64,000 nt of DNA, taken from positions 71,979 through 135,978 of the forward strand of contig JAILCI010000012.1 of NCBI GenBank assembly GCA_024686335.1, read 5' to 3'. This stretch comes from Bacteroidales bacterium. Its GTDB lineage: Bacteria > Bacteroidota > Bacteroidia > Bacteroidales > WCHB1-69. Under the pieces are notes generated by a model. It was not told where the DNA came from. It saw nothing but the letters and a program-made list of their open reading frames with translations, and ran no database searches. Numbering within the stretch: position 1 is the first letter of the stretch; every line of letters begins with the position of its first letter. The translations under genes were made by a program, and so were the position numbers. Below are positions 8,677 to 18,254 of the stretch, piece after piece.

Positions 8677-11600
8677 ATGAAAAACGGTTTACAAAAACAG
8701 ATGAATGAGAAGGCGGTTAACCAAGCCTCTCAAAATGTGATGACCCGACTAGTTCTCTCTATAGGTTTAGTTGTGGCCATTTTGTTTGGATTTAATCTGA
8801 GTGCTTTTGCGCAGAAATCTTGCAAAGTCCAGAGTAACAATCGTGTAATCAGCCTTTCCGTGAAGGGGCAGATGCCTTCCGCAGCTCGAGTGACGGCTAC
8901 TCCCGTACAACGCACTGCCCCGCAGGGTAAGCAATTGAAGGGTGCTTACGACATTACTATCCGCAATGGTAACGCTGAGTGGCAGCCACAATCCGAGCAG
9001 CCAGTGATGGTCTCCATAACGGACCCGTCATTCACCGATGGGGAATTGCTCGACGTGTACCATGAAGGAGTTAATGGTAATGAATTCGTGGCTACTGTCT
9101 CCCCGAATAACCACACCGTCACTTTCCCGGCAAAGTCTTTCTCTGTCTATATTGTAACGGAGAGTGGTGATGGCGCTAGACTTGTGGTGAATTTCCACCA
9201 AAATGCCTCTCAAGTGGTGACTATTTATGTAAAACCCGATGATGTTGGTGAGCAGTTTAACACTATTGTATACGATCCTGGTGTGGGAGAACTTGCTTCA
9301 GGCGTACAGTTTAGAGGTTGGACCGAAGACGCTAATTATGATTCGGAAGACATTGCTAGCGGTATGACTATAGACGGTGTGCGTTCCAAAGTTCAAACCG
9401 TAGTGACTCCCCTGACAAGCAATGACACATTACATTTCTATGCCATGCTCTTCAAGTCCTACGTAGTGACTTATCTTGATGATCGTAATGCCACTTTGGG
9501 ATCTCATGATGTGACTTTCCGTGCGGACGCTACCTCTACAGCCCAAGCCTATGTGGTGAATATGGCTTATACACCACAGGATAACAACCACGCCTTTATG
9601 GGTTGGCTGGCTAACCAAGGAGGTACACATATTGCAGGATGGAGTGAAGGCACTGTATATGCGAATGGTTCAAATATTACCATTAGCGATGATGTGGTGT
9701 TCGGCGTGAATGCTCCTGAAGGCCACTGGTTAGTTTTTGACGAGAATGGCAAGGGAGCCACTTATAATGCACCGCAGTTTGTACAAAGTGGAGCGACTAC
9801 ATCTGAACCGACACTTACCATGGTTCGCAATGGCTACACGTTTGGAGGATGGTATACGGGAGCTCCGACTACACAGGGAGGGGATCCTACCGGATCAACG
9901 TTTACTTTTGGTCAGCAATTGTCCGATTATACCACCATTTATGCTAAATGGAATCCTAGAACTACTGCCAACTACTCTATCATTGTCTGGAAAGAGAATG
10001 TGGCCTGTAATGGTTACGATTTTGAAGAATTAATTACGGCCTCGGGTACAGTAGGTGAAACGATTAATGCTGTTTCAGAACAGGGCACAGGTGACAATGC
10101 GTATGCTAGAATTAATGGTACTAATTACACATATACTGGCTTTCATCTTGATCATTTTGACGAAGACGTAACCATTACAACAGAAGGTGACGCACTGTTG
10201 AATGTGTATTATAAGCGTACCGAATATACGTTGACTTTTAGAGGGAATGTTTATACCTATACTGCCACTACTAACAATAGTGGTACTCAGTATGGTACAG
10301 ATGATGGAAATACCTATTTTCGCATATATCTAAATGATGGTATTTGGTATAGAACCCGTAGTGGTTGGGGGGGTATTTTTGGTTATGATTATTCCGATCC
10401 TTACTATGGTACTCGTTACACCCAAACAGGTCCTTCTACTCAGACGGTTAAAACCATTACCGCTAAGTATGAGCAGTATATAGGAGATAACTTCCCGATT
10501 TCCGGCAATGGTGCTTCTTCAGAATGGAGATGGAAACCTGTGACACCTAATGATGCTGGTTATACTAATGTTTTGGTTTTTATCGATGTAATGCCTGCTG
10601 CTAATGTAACGTTCGACGCAGATGAATCAGATGCATCAACAAAATACATGGAATTCTATGTGGAAGCATTGCCGGGACAGACTGCTGATAGAACGTGGGG
10701 CGGAAGAAGTTTTGTTAAATATGGCAATACAATCCCTGCCAAATACAGCTATTTTACCGAAGATGTGGACTTCCCTGAATTGGTTGGCTATACGAAGTTA
10801 GGTTCCGATCCTGCATTTGATGGTGATGGGGAAGCTCATGTTAGTGCTGGAGGTACACTCTATTTGTATTATGATCGCAATGAATATTCCATTCATTTTT
10901 GGGATGGAGCGTATGTGGGAGGTAACTCAGAACAGGGAGATGCGCTCGAAGGATACGCTTCTCAAAATGAACTTGAAACTGTTGGGGGAAACGCTTATGG
11001 TGCAAATGTCGCTTCATACAATAGCCATCAACCCCCTGCAAATAAAATTCCTACAGGATTTATTTTCGAAGGCTGGTATCTTGATGCAACTTGTACAACT
11101 CCTTATACCTTCACAACTATGCCCGCTAGCAATATGCGTGTTTATGCTAAATGGCGTCAGAAACGTTACCGTGTTTTCTTGCATCCCAATGCCGGTACAG
11201 ACCCGACTTTGGACTGGGGTTCAACAACCCAGCAGATGAATTTTGGTATTCCTAATGGTGGTAAGTTGAGCGCTCCTTATGGTCGCCGTACCGGTTATGA
11301 GTTTGTAGGCTGGTTCTCTGACGAGGCTTGCACTAACAGTTTCAATGCTGATGCTTTTGTGCTGAATGATCAAACTGTGCCAGCATCACCAGCTTATAAT
11401 AAGGAAGTTGATATGACAGATCCTATGAATAAGTGGGGTATTATAGACCCGACTCCTGGTACTAATTCAGATGCCCAGCGTCCTTGGGTTCAGCGTAAGT
11501 TGGATCTATACGCCAAGTGGCGTGCTACTGTAGACGGTGCCACAGGTATTCGAGTGGTCTATGACGCTAATGGCGGACTGCCAGAACCGACAGATCCCCA

Positions 11601-14600
11601 TTTCTATCAGGATAACACGTCTGCTGTTGCAGCTGCTGCTCCTGAAGCCCCGTCTTCTACACAGGTGTTCTCCCATTGGGTGGTGCAGAAATGGAACGGT
11701 ACAACTTATGAGAATACTTCAGTCAATGTATTTCCAGGTGCGCAGTTTACTGTGTTAAAGAATGATGCTTTAGCTGAGGTGACAAAGTGGTGCAAACCAG
11801 ATGGAACAGATACAGTCTCCACTTATGATGAGACGCACACGAAAGTGGCAGAAGCCACCTATACCCTCCAGGTCAAGGCAGTCTATGTGCCGATAGAAGA
11901 AGCCACTCCGACATCTATTATTTGGTACAAGAACGATGGCACATGTTCCATTGTTCAAAATAACGAAAACCTGCTAATTAACCAGGAAGTGGATATTCCC
12001 GCAGCTCCCACCCGTTCAGGTTATAAATTCCTCGGATGGTCTAAACAGACAACAGCATGTACTTCCACTCCTCTAACTATTACGGAATCTGACTTCTTGG
12101 ATTATCATGAGGCCGATGAAACACACGAAAATCCGTATTATACCGCCCACAATGGGACAGACGTTGCTACTCAAGTTGCTGCTGATCAGGCTGATCCTTA
12201 CGAATACCTTTACGCCGTCTGGCAGATTGATGGCTATACAGTCCACTTCGACAAGAATGCTACTGGCGCAACTGGTGATATGGCCGACCAGGGATTTAAT
12301 GTTGGTCAGACAGCCACACTGTCTCCTAATGCCTTTACATATCACTGTCATACCTTCGCAGGCTGGGCAACATCAGCTAACGCTACCACAGCAACCTATA
12401 CGAATGAGCAGTCTGTGACTGATCTTACTACTGCAGGCGAGGAGATCACCCTCTATGCAGTGTGGAACGAATCTCCATTACAATTGACGGTCTCCGATGT
12501 TGCCAACCAGACTTGTGAGAATAAGGGTTCCTTCAAGGTGACCGTTACCAATGGCACTGCTGATTACATCTATAAGTTGAATGGTGAAACTGTAGCAACA
12601 TCGAGCGAATCATACTATACATATAGCAATTTGGAAGCTGATCTTACGACAGAACCTGCTACTGCTAAGACCTATACTGTCTATGTTGAGGATACGTACG
12701 GATGTAATGCCACCACCACCCAAGCCATATCGTTGACTCCTAGCGAGATCACTTTAGAAAACTATTCTGCAACCGTTTGTAGCGGTTATGAATTCTCCTA
12801 TACACCTAGTGAGAATGACGATGTTACCTATTCATGGCCTGCTCCATCCGTGACAGGATTGCAAGCCGTAGCTGCTTCTGATGGTTATGAGGAGTCAGTT
12901 CATGGCACATTGACATTGGCTGAAGGTGAAACCTCTGGTACTGCTGAATTTACCGTTACCCCGAAACTGGGTGTATGTACATTGAATACTGTTACAGTCA
13001 CTGTGGCTGTCACTCTGAATGTTCGTCCTGCCGTGACTATCACACTCACCAATCCTGGCACGACATGTGCCGGCACGCAGGCAACTGTTCAGGCTACGGT
13101 AACAGATGCTCTTGCCAACTCTACACTGACTTGGAAGTTGGGAGAGACTGCTCTTGCCACACAAACCATCACTGCAGCAGGAACATCTACGCTTAGCCAA
13201 ACCTTCAATGTCTCATCGACATGTCCTGATAGCCAGACTCTGTTGGTCACCTATACGGATGCCGCTACTGATGCATGCTCCGCTTCTAAATCTACTGAGA
13301 TCAAAGTTGGTGTTCCCGAATGGAATGTTCCCGCAGCTGGTGCTAAAACCGTTGATTGTGTTTCTGCAGTCATGGAGCCGACATCAGCATTGTCTAATAT
13401 AACCGATCTTTGCAACAATTCTATAGCGCCCGTTCTGAAATCAAGAGTAGCAAATCCAGAGACAATCACATGTACAGGTACGGTTGTCTATACCTACACC
13501 TATACGGACTGTGCCGGTACGTCAAAAGAGTGGACTTATACCTATACTGTGAAGGATACTGTCGCTCCTGTATTGACAATTACAAATACTCCTGCCGCTA
13601 CGGCTGCCGGCTCCTGCCAATACAAGATTCCGACGGTTGCTTACACCGTTGAAGATTGCAACGCTGTGACCGTGACCCAGTCTCCGGCCGCTGACGCGTT
13701 GGTGAACCAGACAGATGCCGAGCAGACTATTACCATCACTTTGACCGCCACAGCTTGTGATAAGGTTTCTACTAAAACCACATCGGTGATTATTCCTGCT
13801 AAACCTAAGATTGATGTTGAGATTGCAGAGAATGTTGAGGTTTGTAATGGCAATTATGTTACTCTAGAGCCTACATGTACTCCTGCCACTCCGACTCCAG
13901 CTTGGCAGTGGTCAGAAGGTTCCAACAATCTGGTTACCACTCAAAATTATACGGTTACTCCTACAGAGAGTAAAACTTATAAAGTGAAAGCCACTGCTAC
14001 TGATGACAACGGCTGTAAGATGGCTGACTCAGCGAATGTGACCGTCACATTACTCCCGTTGCCGTCTCCTTCCATCGCAACTGTTGACCCAGTATGTTCA
14101 GGTTCAACCGTAACGCTAACGGGTTCCTTGTCAGAAGCCACCACCGGATCTTATACCTATACATGGAGTGGCCTTTCCGAGACTCCTATTGTGGAGACTG
14201 TGACTACCACAACGCACACTGTTACCGTGACAGCTCCTACTAAATGTGATTCCACGGTCAGCGTAACCCTTATGGTTGCTGATGGAAAGGGCTGTACGGC
14301 ACAAGCTTCTGGTTCATTCAAGACAAAGAAACCGACACCGGTAATTGCTACTGAATTACCTGAATCTACAAATCTTGAATGTAATCCGACCAACATCCCG
14401 TTTGTTCATGTGACCGATTTTACTGTTACGGACGAATGCAATAGCGCTGCAGTTGTTACGTTAGATTCCACTGTTGCGAGACTCTTCGATTTCTCATGTG
14501 CTTATTATAAACGCTATATTGCGAAGTATACTAGTGAATGTGGCGTGGCAGCGGATTCAGTTATGGTCGCTTACGTTTGGGCGGAGACTGAAGGACCTGT

Positions 14601-17600
14601 CATCACTACCACCGTGGCAGATACTATCTTCAAAGGATGTAATTGGGACAAATCTGATACGGTAACTGCTGCTGATTTTACTGTTACGGACGAATGCCAA
14701 CTGAGTCCCCAAGCCACAGTTATTCATGGTGAAGAGACGACTACAGGATGCAAGAAGAGCCAATCTTGGACAGCTTCTTACACGAATCTGTGTGGTCAGT
14801 CTGCTACAAAGGTAATTACCTATATCTGGACTGCTGATGTAACCGCTCCAGTCATCGGTACTATTGCTGATCAGAATGCTACTCCAGTTGGTAGTGGATG
14901 TATGTATAAGTTGCCTGATCTCGAATCTGCAACCTTGACCGCTACTACAGAAAGCTGTTCTGAGTTGACCTTCGTTAGTCAGAAACCTGCAGCTAACACT
15001 CAATATGAGCAAACAGATGTTCAGCAGATAATTGTAGATACCGTAATTGTGAAAGATGGTTGTGACAATAAGGACACTGCGTTGGTGAATATCATCATTC
15101 CTGCTAAACCTACTATTTCCGTTAATATTGTTGACACTGTGGCTGTATGCGCAGGTGGTTCCGTAATCCTTGCTCCTACTGTCCTTCCTACTACCATGAC
15201 AGCGATGTCAGTTCAATGGTCTTTAGGTACAACTCATGTTTCTGATGAGCCGACACTTACCGTTACTCCTACCGACACAGTTACCTATACTGTTACTATG
15301 ACGGCTAAAGATAATAATGGTTGTGAAGCTACTGCATCTAAGGATGTGACTGTTGCTGTGAATCCTGTTATTGAGGCTGTCATCGATGGCCCTGCTGCAA
15401 TATGTGCCGGTGAGACGGCAGAACTCTCTGTTGCTACCGGTGCAGCTTCTTATGCTTGGGCTAAGGATGGTACTGCATTAACTGAGACTAGCAACAAACT
15501 GTCTGTTTCCGCTGCTGGCACCTATACTGTGACAGTGACTGCAGAGGGTGGATGTATTAGTGTTGGTGAGAAGAGTGTAGTGGTCAACCCGACCTATTAT
15601 ACCGAGGAGACAGCCACCACATGTGCGAACGAGCCGTACACATGGACCAACCACAGCGTGACGATTCCGACAGAGGTTGGCACCCACATTGTATGGGATA
15701 GCCTGACGACCGTGTCAGGATGCGACAGCGTATACAAGCTGACTTTGACAGTCAACCCGACCTATTATACCGAGGAGACAGCCACCACATGTGCGAACGA
15801 GCCGTATACATGGACCAACCACAGCGTGACGATTCCGACGGAGGTTGGCACCCACATTGTATGGGATAGCCTGACGACCAAGTTGGGATGCGACAGCGTG
15901 TACAAGCTGACCCTGACTGTCAACCCGACCTATTATACCGAGGAGACAGCCACCACATGTGCAAACGAGCCTTACACATGGACCAACCACAGTGTGACGA
16001 TCCCGACGGAGGTTGGCGTCCACACAGTATGGGACAGCCTGACGACCAAGTTGGGATGCGACAGCGTGTACAAGCTGACCCTGACTGTCAACCCGACCTA
16101 TTATACGGAGGAGACAGCGTCCACATGTGCAAACGAGCCGTACACATGGACCAACCACAGTGTGACGATTCCGACGGAGGTTGGCACCCACATTGTATGG
16201 GATAGCCTGACGACCGTGTCAGGATGCGACAGCGTGTACAAGCTGACCTTGACAGTCAACCCGACCTATTATACCGAGGAGACAGCCACCACATGTGCGA
16301 ACGAGCCGTACACATGGACCAACCACAGTGTGACGATTCCGACGGAGGTTGGCACCCACATTGTATGGGATAGCCTGACGACCGTATCAGGATGCGACAG
16401 CGTATACAAGTTGACTTTGACAGTCAACCCGATTCCGACGATGACTGTGACGAACGCTTCACAGACTATCACGTATGGTAACGCTATAACTCCTGTTGTT
16501 ATCACGAATACTAATTCTACGCTTGCTGTTACCACGATGCCTACAGGCTTTACATATAACTCCAGCACACAGACAATCACAGCTACTATGCCTAATGCCG
16601 GAACTTATACCATCACGGCTACGGCTACCAGCAATATGACACCTAGCTGCGGAGTTGTTGAGAAAGAGATTAAGATTATCGTGAATAAGGCTAGTTTGAC
16701 AATTTCCGTTGATACTGCTAAGAAGTATGACGGTACACCATTTGTTGTCAACTATAATGCTCCTGCAGTTACTGCTACGGGTCTTGTGACTGGCGATTAC
16801 CTCACTGCTGGTACTATGACTACTGCAGAGGGTACAACTCCGAGCTATAAAGTTGGAACATATACCTATCTTTACTCCCCGTCTTCTATGATGATGAGTG
16901 CTGCACCTGTGACAGGTACATTGCTGAGAAATCCTGATTTCAATACTAATAATGGTATTGAAAACTACAATGTTTCATATGCATTGAAATTGGATATCAC
17001 CTTGCGTACTTTGGACATCACTGCTGATGATGCCACCAAGGTTTACGACGGCACTGCCCTGACTAGCAACGGTTACATGATTGATCCTGTCGACGGTCTA
17101 GCAACTGGCGATGCTGCTACTATCGCACATGCCGGCAGCCAGACCTGCGTGGGCACTTCCGAGCACACCATCGGCGCTGTGGTAGTCATGAAGGACGGCA
17201 CCACGGATGTTACCGACCAGTACACCATCGTACGCCATGCCGGTACTCTGGAGGTGACCAATTTCACAGACTTCACCTGTCCTGCTACCGAGACCGTGGT
17301 GCTGAACTTCGGAGAGTGCGACATTGAGTATACACCGACAAGCACGGCAACAGTAGGTGCGGGTATGACACCAAACAGCTATGTTGTTGCCAATGACTTG
17401 GCAAGCCAGAATCCGCTGACATTGGGAGACCATATCATCACCTGGACATTGTCAGACACTTGCGGCAATGTGATGGCTACATGTCCTCAGACTGTGACAA
17501 TCAGTTTACCGCCATGTCCTCCTGCAACGGATGCTGACGGTATTGAATACGAGAGCGTACGTATCGGCTGCGAGTGCTGGACGAAGACCAACCTCAAGTC

Positions 17601-18096
17601 CGAACATTATACCGGTGGTGCTGACATCCCGGATGTGATGACCTACTACTCACCGCTGTACTACAACGACGAGGCAGCCAACCTGGCTACTTATGGTCAC
17701 CTGTACACATGGGAAGCAGCTATCAATGGCGGAACGACCAACAGCTACGGCCACGTGCCGGGTATCTGTCCCGATGGTTGGTATCTGCCGACCAAGGAGC
17801 AGTACGAAGAGCTGAACTCCTACGGTCCTGACGCTTTGCGTGCTGATATTCTCTGGGCTGACGGTGGCGGTACCAACACCACAGGCTTCACCGGTCTGCC
17901 TGGTGGCAAGTACACCGGCGCTTTAGATCGTTACGAAGACATGACTTTGATGGATTACTACTGGGCAACGACCACCGTTGGTGGCACCGTAATGCCGGTA
18001 GAGGTTGAACTCACCGTCAACTGTCTCCGCGTAACTCAGGTGCTCTCCAGCAATCCTAACGGATACAGTATCAGATGTATAAAAGAGAAGGAATAA
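8677..18096 (+). CDS. Giant (3,139 aa) mosaic cell-surface protein: signal peptide, Listeria-Bacteroides (InlB B-type) repeats, Cys-paired Ig/HYR-like modules, 5x56-aa tandem repeat, MBG-like units, C-terminal FISUMP domain
   Basis: Uninterrupted 9,420-nt ORF with signal-like 'LVLSIGLVVAILFGFNLSAFAQK'. At least 5 units have the G(Y/F)xFxGW...(Y)A(K/V)W signature (~9.8-12.5 kb). 'D(T/V)(V/T)APV' HYR-like modules are at ~13.55 and ~14.84 kb. 'KYDGT'/'KVYDGTALT' MBG-like units are at ~16.7 and ~17.04 kb. The last ~190 aa (IGCECWTKTNL..YGHLYTWEAA..CPDGWYLPTKEQYEEL..GFTGLPGG..YYWATT) match the FISUMP pattern. In-frame ATGs at 8701 and 8740 are alternative starts. Confidence 0.9.
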   Translation: MKNGLQKQMNEKAVNQASQNVMTRLVLSIGLVVAILFGFNLSAFAQKSCKVQSNNRVISLSVKGQMPSAARVTATPVQRTAPQGKQLKGAYDITIRNGNAEWQPQSEQPVMVSITDPSFTDGELLDVYHEGVNGNEFVATVSPNNHTVTFPAKSFSVYIVTESGDGARLVVNFHQNASQVVTIYVKPDDVGEQFNTIVYDPGVGELASGVQFRGWTEDANYDSEDIASGMTIDGVRSKVQTVVTPLTSNDTLHFYAMLFKSYVVTYLDDRNATLGSHDVTFRADATSTAQAYVVNMAYTPQDNNHAFMGWLANQGGTHIAGWSEGTVYANGSNITISDDVVFGVNAPEGHWLVFDENGKGATYNAPQFVQSGATTSEPTLTMVRNGYTFGGWYTGAPTTQGGDPTGSTFTFGQQLSDYTTIYAKWNPRTTANYSIIVWKENVACNGYDFEELITASGTVGETINAVSEQGTGDNAYARINGTNYTYTGFHLDHFDEDVTITTEGDALLNVYYKRTEYTLTFRGNVYTYTATTNNSGTQYGTDDGNTYFRIYLNDGIWYRTRSGWGGIFGYDYSDPYYGTRYTQTGPSTQTVKTITAKYEQYIGDNFPISGNGASSEWRWKPVTPNDAGYTNVLVFIDVMPAANVTFDADESDASTKYMEFYVEALPGQTADRTWGGRSFVKYGNTIPAKYSYFTEDVDFPELVGYTKLGSDPAFDGDGEAHVSAGGTLYLYYDRNEYSIHFWDGAYVGGNSEQGDALEGYASQNELETVGGNAYGANVASYNSHQPPANKIPTGFIFEGWYLDATCTTPYTFTTMPASNMRVYAKWRQKRYRVFLHPNAGTDPTLDWGSTTQQMNFGIPNGGKLSAPYGRRTGYEFVGWFSDEACTNSFNADAFVLNDQTVPASPAYNKEVDMTDPMNKWGIIDPTPGTNSDAQRPWVQRKLDLYAKWRATVDGATGIRVVYDANGGLPEPTDPHFYQDNTSAVAAAAPEAPSSTQVFSHWVVQKWNGTTYENTSVNVFPGAQFTVLKNDALAEVTKWCKPDGTDTVSTYDETHTKVAEATYTLQVKAVYVPIEEATPTSIIWYKNDGTCSIVQNNENLLINQEVDIPAAPTRSGYKFLGWSKQTTACTSTPLTITESDFLDYHEADETHENPYYTAHNGTDVATQVAADQADPYEYLYAVWQIDGYTVHFDKNATGATGDMADQGFNVGQTATLSPNAFTYHCHTFAGWATSANATTATYTNEQSVTDLTTAGEEITLYAVWNESPLQLTVSDVANQTCENKGSFKVTVTNGTADYIYKLNGETVATSSESYYTYSNLEADLTTEPATAKTYTVYVEDTYGCNATTTQAISLTPSEITLENYSATVCSGYEFSYTPSENDDVTYSWPAPSVTGLQAVAASDGYEESVHGTLTLAEGETSGTAEFTVTPKLGVCTLNTVTVTVAVTLNVRPAVTITLTNPGTTCAGTQATVQATVTDALANSTLTWKLGETALATQTITAAGTSTLSQTFNVSSTCPDSQTLLVTYTDAATDACSASKSTEIKVGVPEWNVPAAGAKTVDCVSAVMEPTSALSNITDLCNNSIAPVLKSRVANPETITCTGTVVYTYTYTDCAGTSKEWTYTYTVKDTVAPVLTITNTPAATAAGSCQYKIPTVAYTVEDCNAVTVTQSPAADALVNQTDAEQTITITLTATACDKVSTKTTSVIIPAKPKIDVEIAENVEVCNGNYVTLEPTCTPATPTPAWQWSEGSNNLVTTQNYTVTPTESKTYKVKATATDDNGCKMADSANVTVTLLPLPSPSIATVDPVCSGSTVTLTGSLSEATTGSYTYTWSGLSETPIVETVTTTTHTVTVTAPTKCDSTVSVTLMVADGKGCTAQASGSFKTKKPTPVIATELPESTNLECNPTNIPFVHVTDFTVTDECNSAAVVTLDSTVARLFDFSCAYYKRYIAKYTSECGVAADSVMVAYVWAETEGPVITTTVADTIFKGCNWDKSDTVTAADFTVTDECQLSPQATVIHGEETTTGCKKSQSWTASYTNLCGQSATKVITYIWTADVTAPVIGTIADQNATPVGSGCMYKLPDLESATLTATTESCSELTFVSQKPAANTQYEQTDVQQIIVDTVIVKDGCDNKDTALVNIIIPAKPTISVNIVDTVAVCAGGSVILAPTVLPTTMTAMSVQWSLGTTHVSDEPTLTVTPTDTVTYTVTMTAKDNNGCEATASKDVTVAVNPVIEAVIDGPAAICAGETAELSVATGAASYAWAKDGTALTETSNKLSVSAAGTYTVTVTAEGGCISVGEKSVVVNPTYYTEETATTCANEPYTWTNHSVTIPTEVGTHIVWDSLTTVSGCDSVYKLTLTVNPTYYTEETATTCANEPYTWTNHSVTIPTEVGTHIVWDSLTTKLGCDSVYKLTLTVNPTYYTEETATTCANEPYTWTNHSVTIPTEVGVHTVWDSLTTKLGCDSVYKLTLTVNPTYYTEETASTCANEPYTWTNHSVTIPTEVGTHIVWDSLTTVSGCDSVYKLTLTVNPTYYTEETATTCANEPYTWTNHSVTIPTEVGTHIVWDSLTTVSGCDSVYKLTLTVNPIPTMTVTNASQTITYGNAITPVVITNTNSTLAVTTMPTGFTYNSSTQTITATMPNAGTYTITATATSNMTPSCGVVEKEIKIIVNKASLTISVDTAKKYDGTPFVVNYNAPAVTATGLVTGDYLTAGTMTTAEGTTPSYKVGTYTYLYSPSSMMMSAAPVTGTLLRNPDFNTNNGIENYNVSYALKLDITLRTLDITADDATKVYDGTALTSNGYMIDPVDGLATGDAATIAHAGSQTCVGTSEHTIGAVVVMKDGTTDVTDQYTIVRHAGTLEVTNFTDFTCPATETVVLNFGECDIEYTPTSTATVGAGMTPNSYVVANDLASQNPLTLGDHIITWTLSDTCGNVMATCPQTVTISLPPCPPATDADGIEYESVRIGCECWTKTNLKSEHYTGGADIPDVMTYYSPLYYNDEAANLATYGHLYTWEAAINGGTTNSYGHVPGICPDGWYLPTKEQYEELNSYGPDALRADILWADGGGTNTTGFTGLPGGKYTGALDRYEDMTLMDYYWATTTVGGTVMPVEVELTVNCLRVTQVLSSNPNGYSIRCIKEKE
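15586..16425 (+). repeat. Five head-to-tail 168-bp (56-codon) near-identical tandem repeats, in frame within the giant CDS
   Basis: Unit starts 'aacccgacctattatac' occur at 15586, 15754, 15922, 16090 and 16258, a period of exactly 168 nt. The sixth 'aaccc' at 16426 diverges immediately. The unit is NPTYYTEETATTCANEPYTWTNHSVTIPTEVGTHIVWDSLTT(VS/KL)GCDSVYKLTLTV. Confidence 0.95.
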
Positions 18097-18130
18097 TAAT
18101 CCTTACTTTTCATATAATTTTTTAATTGAT

Positions 18131-18163
18131 GGGAGAATGCTGATAGGCATTCTCCCTTTTTTT
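18131..18163 (+). terminator. Rho-independent terminator after the giant gene
   Basis: Perfect 10-bp stem gggagaatgc / gcattctccc, loop tgatag, then 7 T. Confidence 0.85.
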
Positions 18164-18171
18164 AAGCCATA

Positions 18172-18207
18172 ATAAAACAAAACCGCCAAAGGATATGTCT
18201 TTGGCGG
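18172..18207 (-). terminator. Rho-independent terminator for the 18255-18689 gene
   Basis: The minus strand reads ccgccaaag-acatatc-ctttggcgg (9-bp stem), followed by ttttgttttatt. Confidence 0.75.
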
Positions 18208-18254
18208 CGGAATTTTAATGTCTAAATTATATTTTTAAAAGGCTTAAAAAGGGA

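Noticed and set aside
15715-16191. A 158-aa antisense ORF (and the +2-frame ORF 15888-16205) running through the tandem repeats.
   Set aside because: Both are periodic translations of the same 168-bp unit in non-coding frames. Their length comes only from the unit lacking stops in those frames. They are fully embedded in a 9.4-kb ORF with clear domain content.
15586-16425. Could the regularly spaced repeats be a CRISPR array?
   Set aside because: The units are contiguous with no unique spacers and are 168 nt long. They are in frame and translate into a coherent Cys-containing protein module. No cas genes are in the window.
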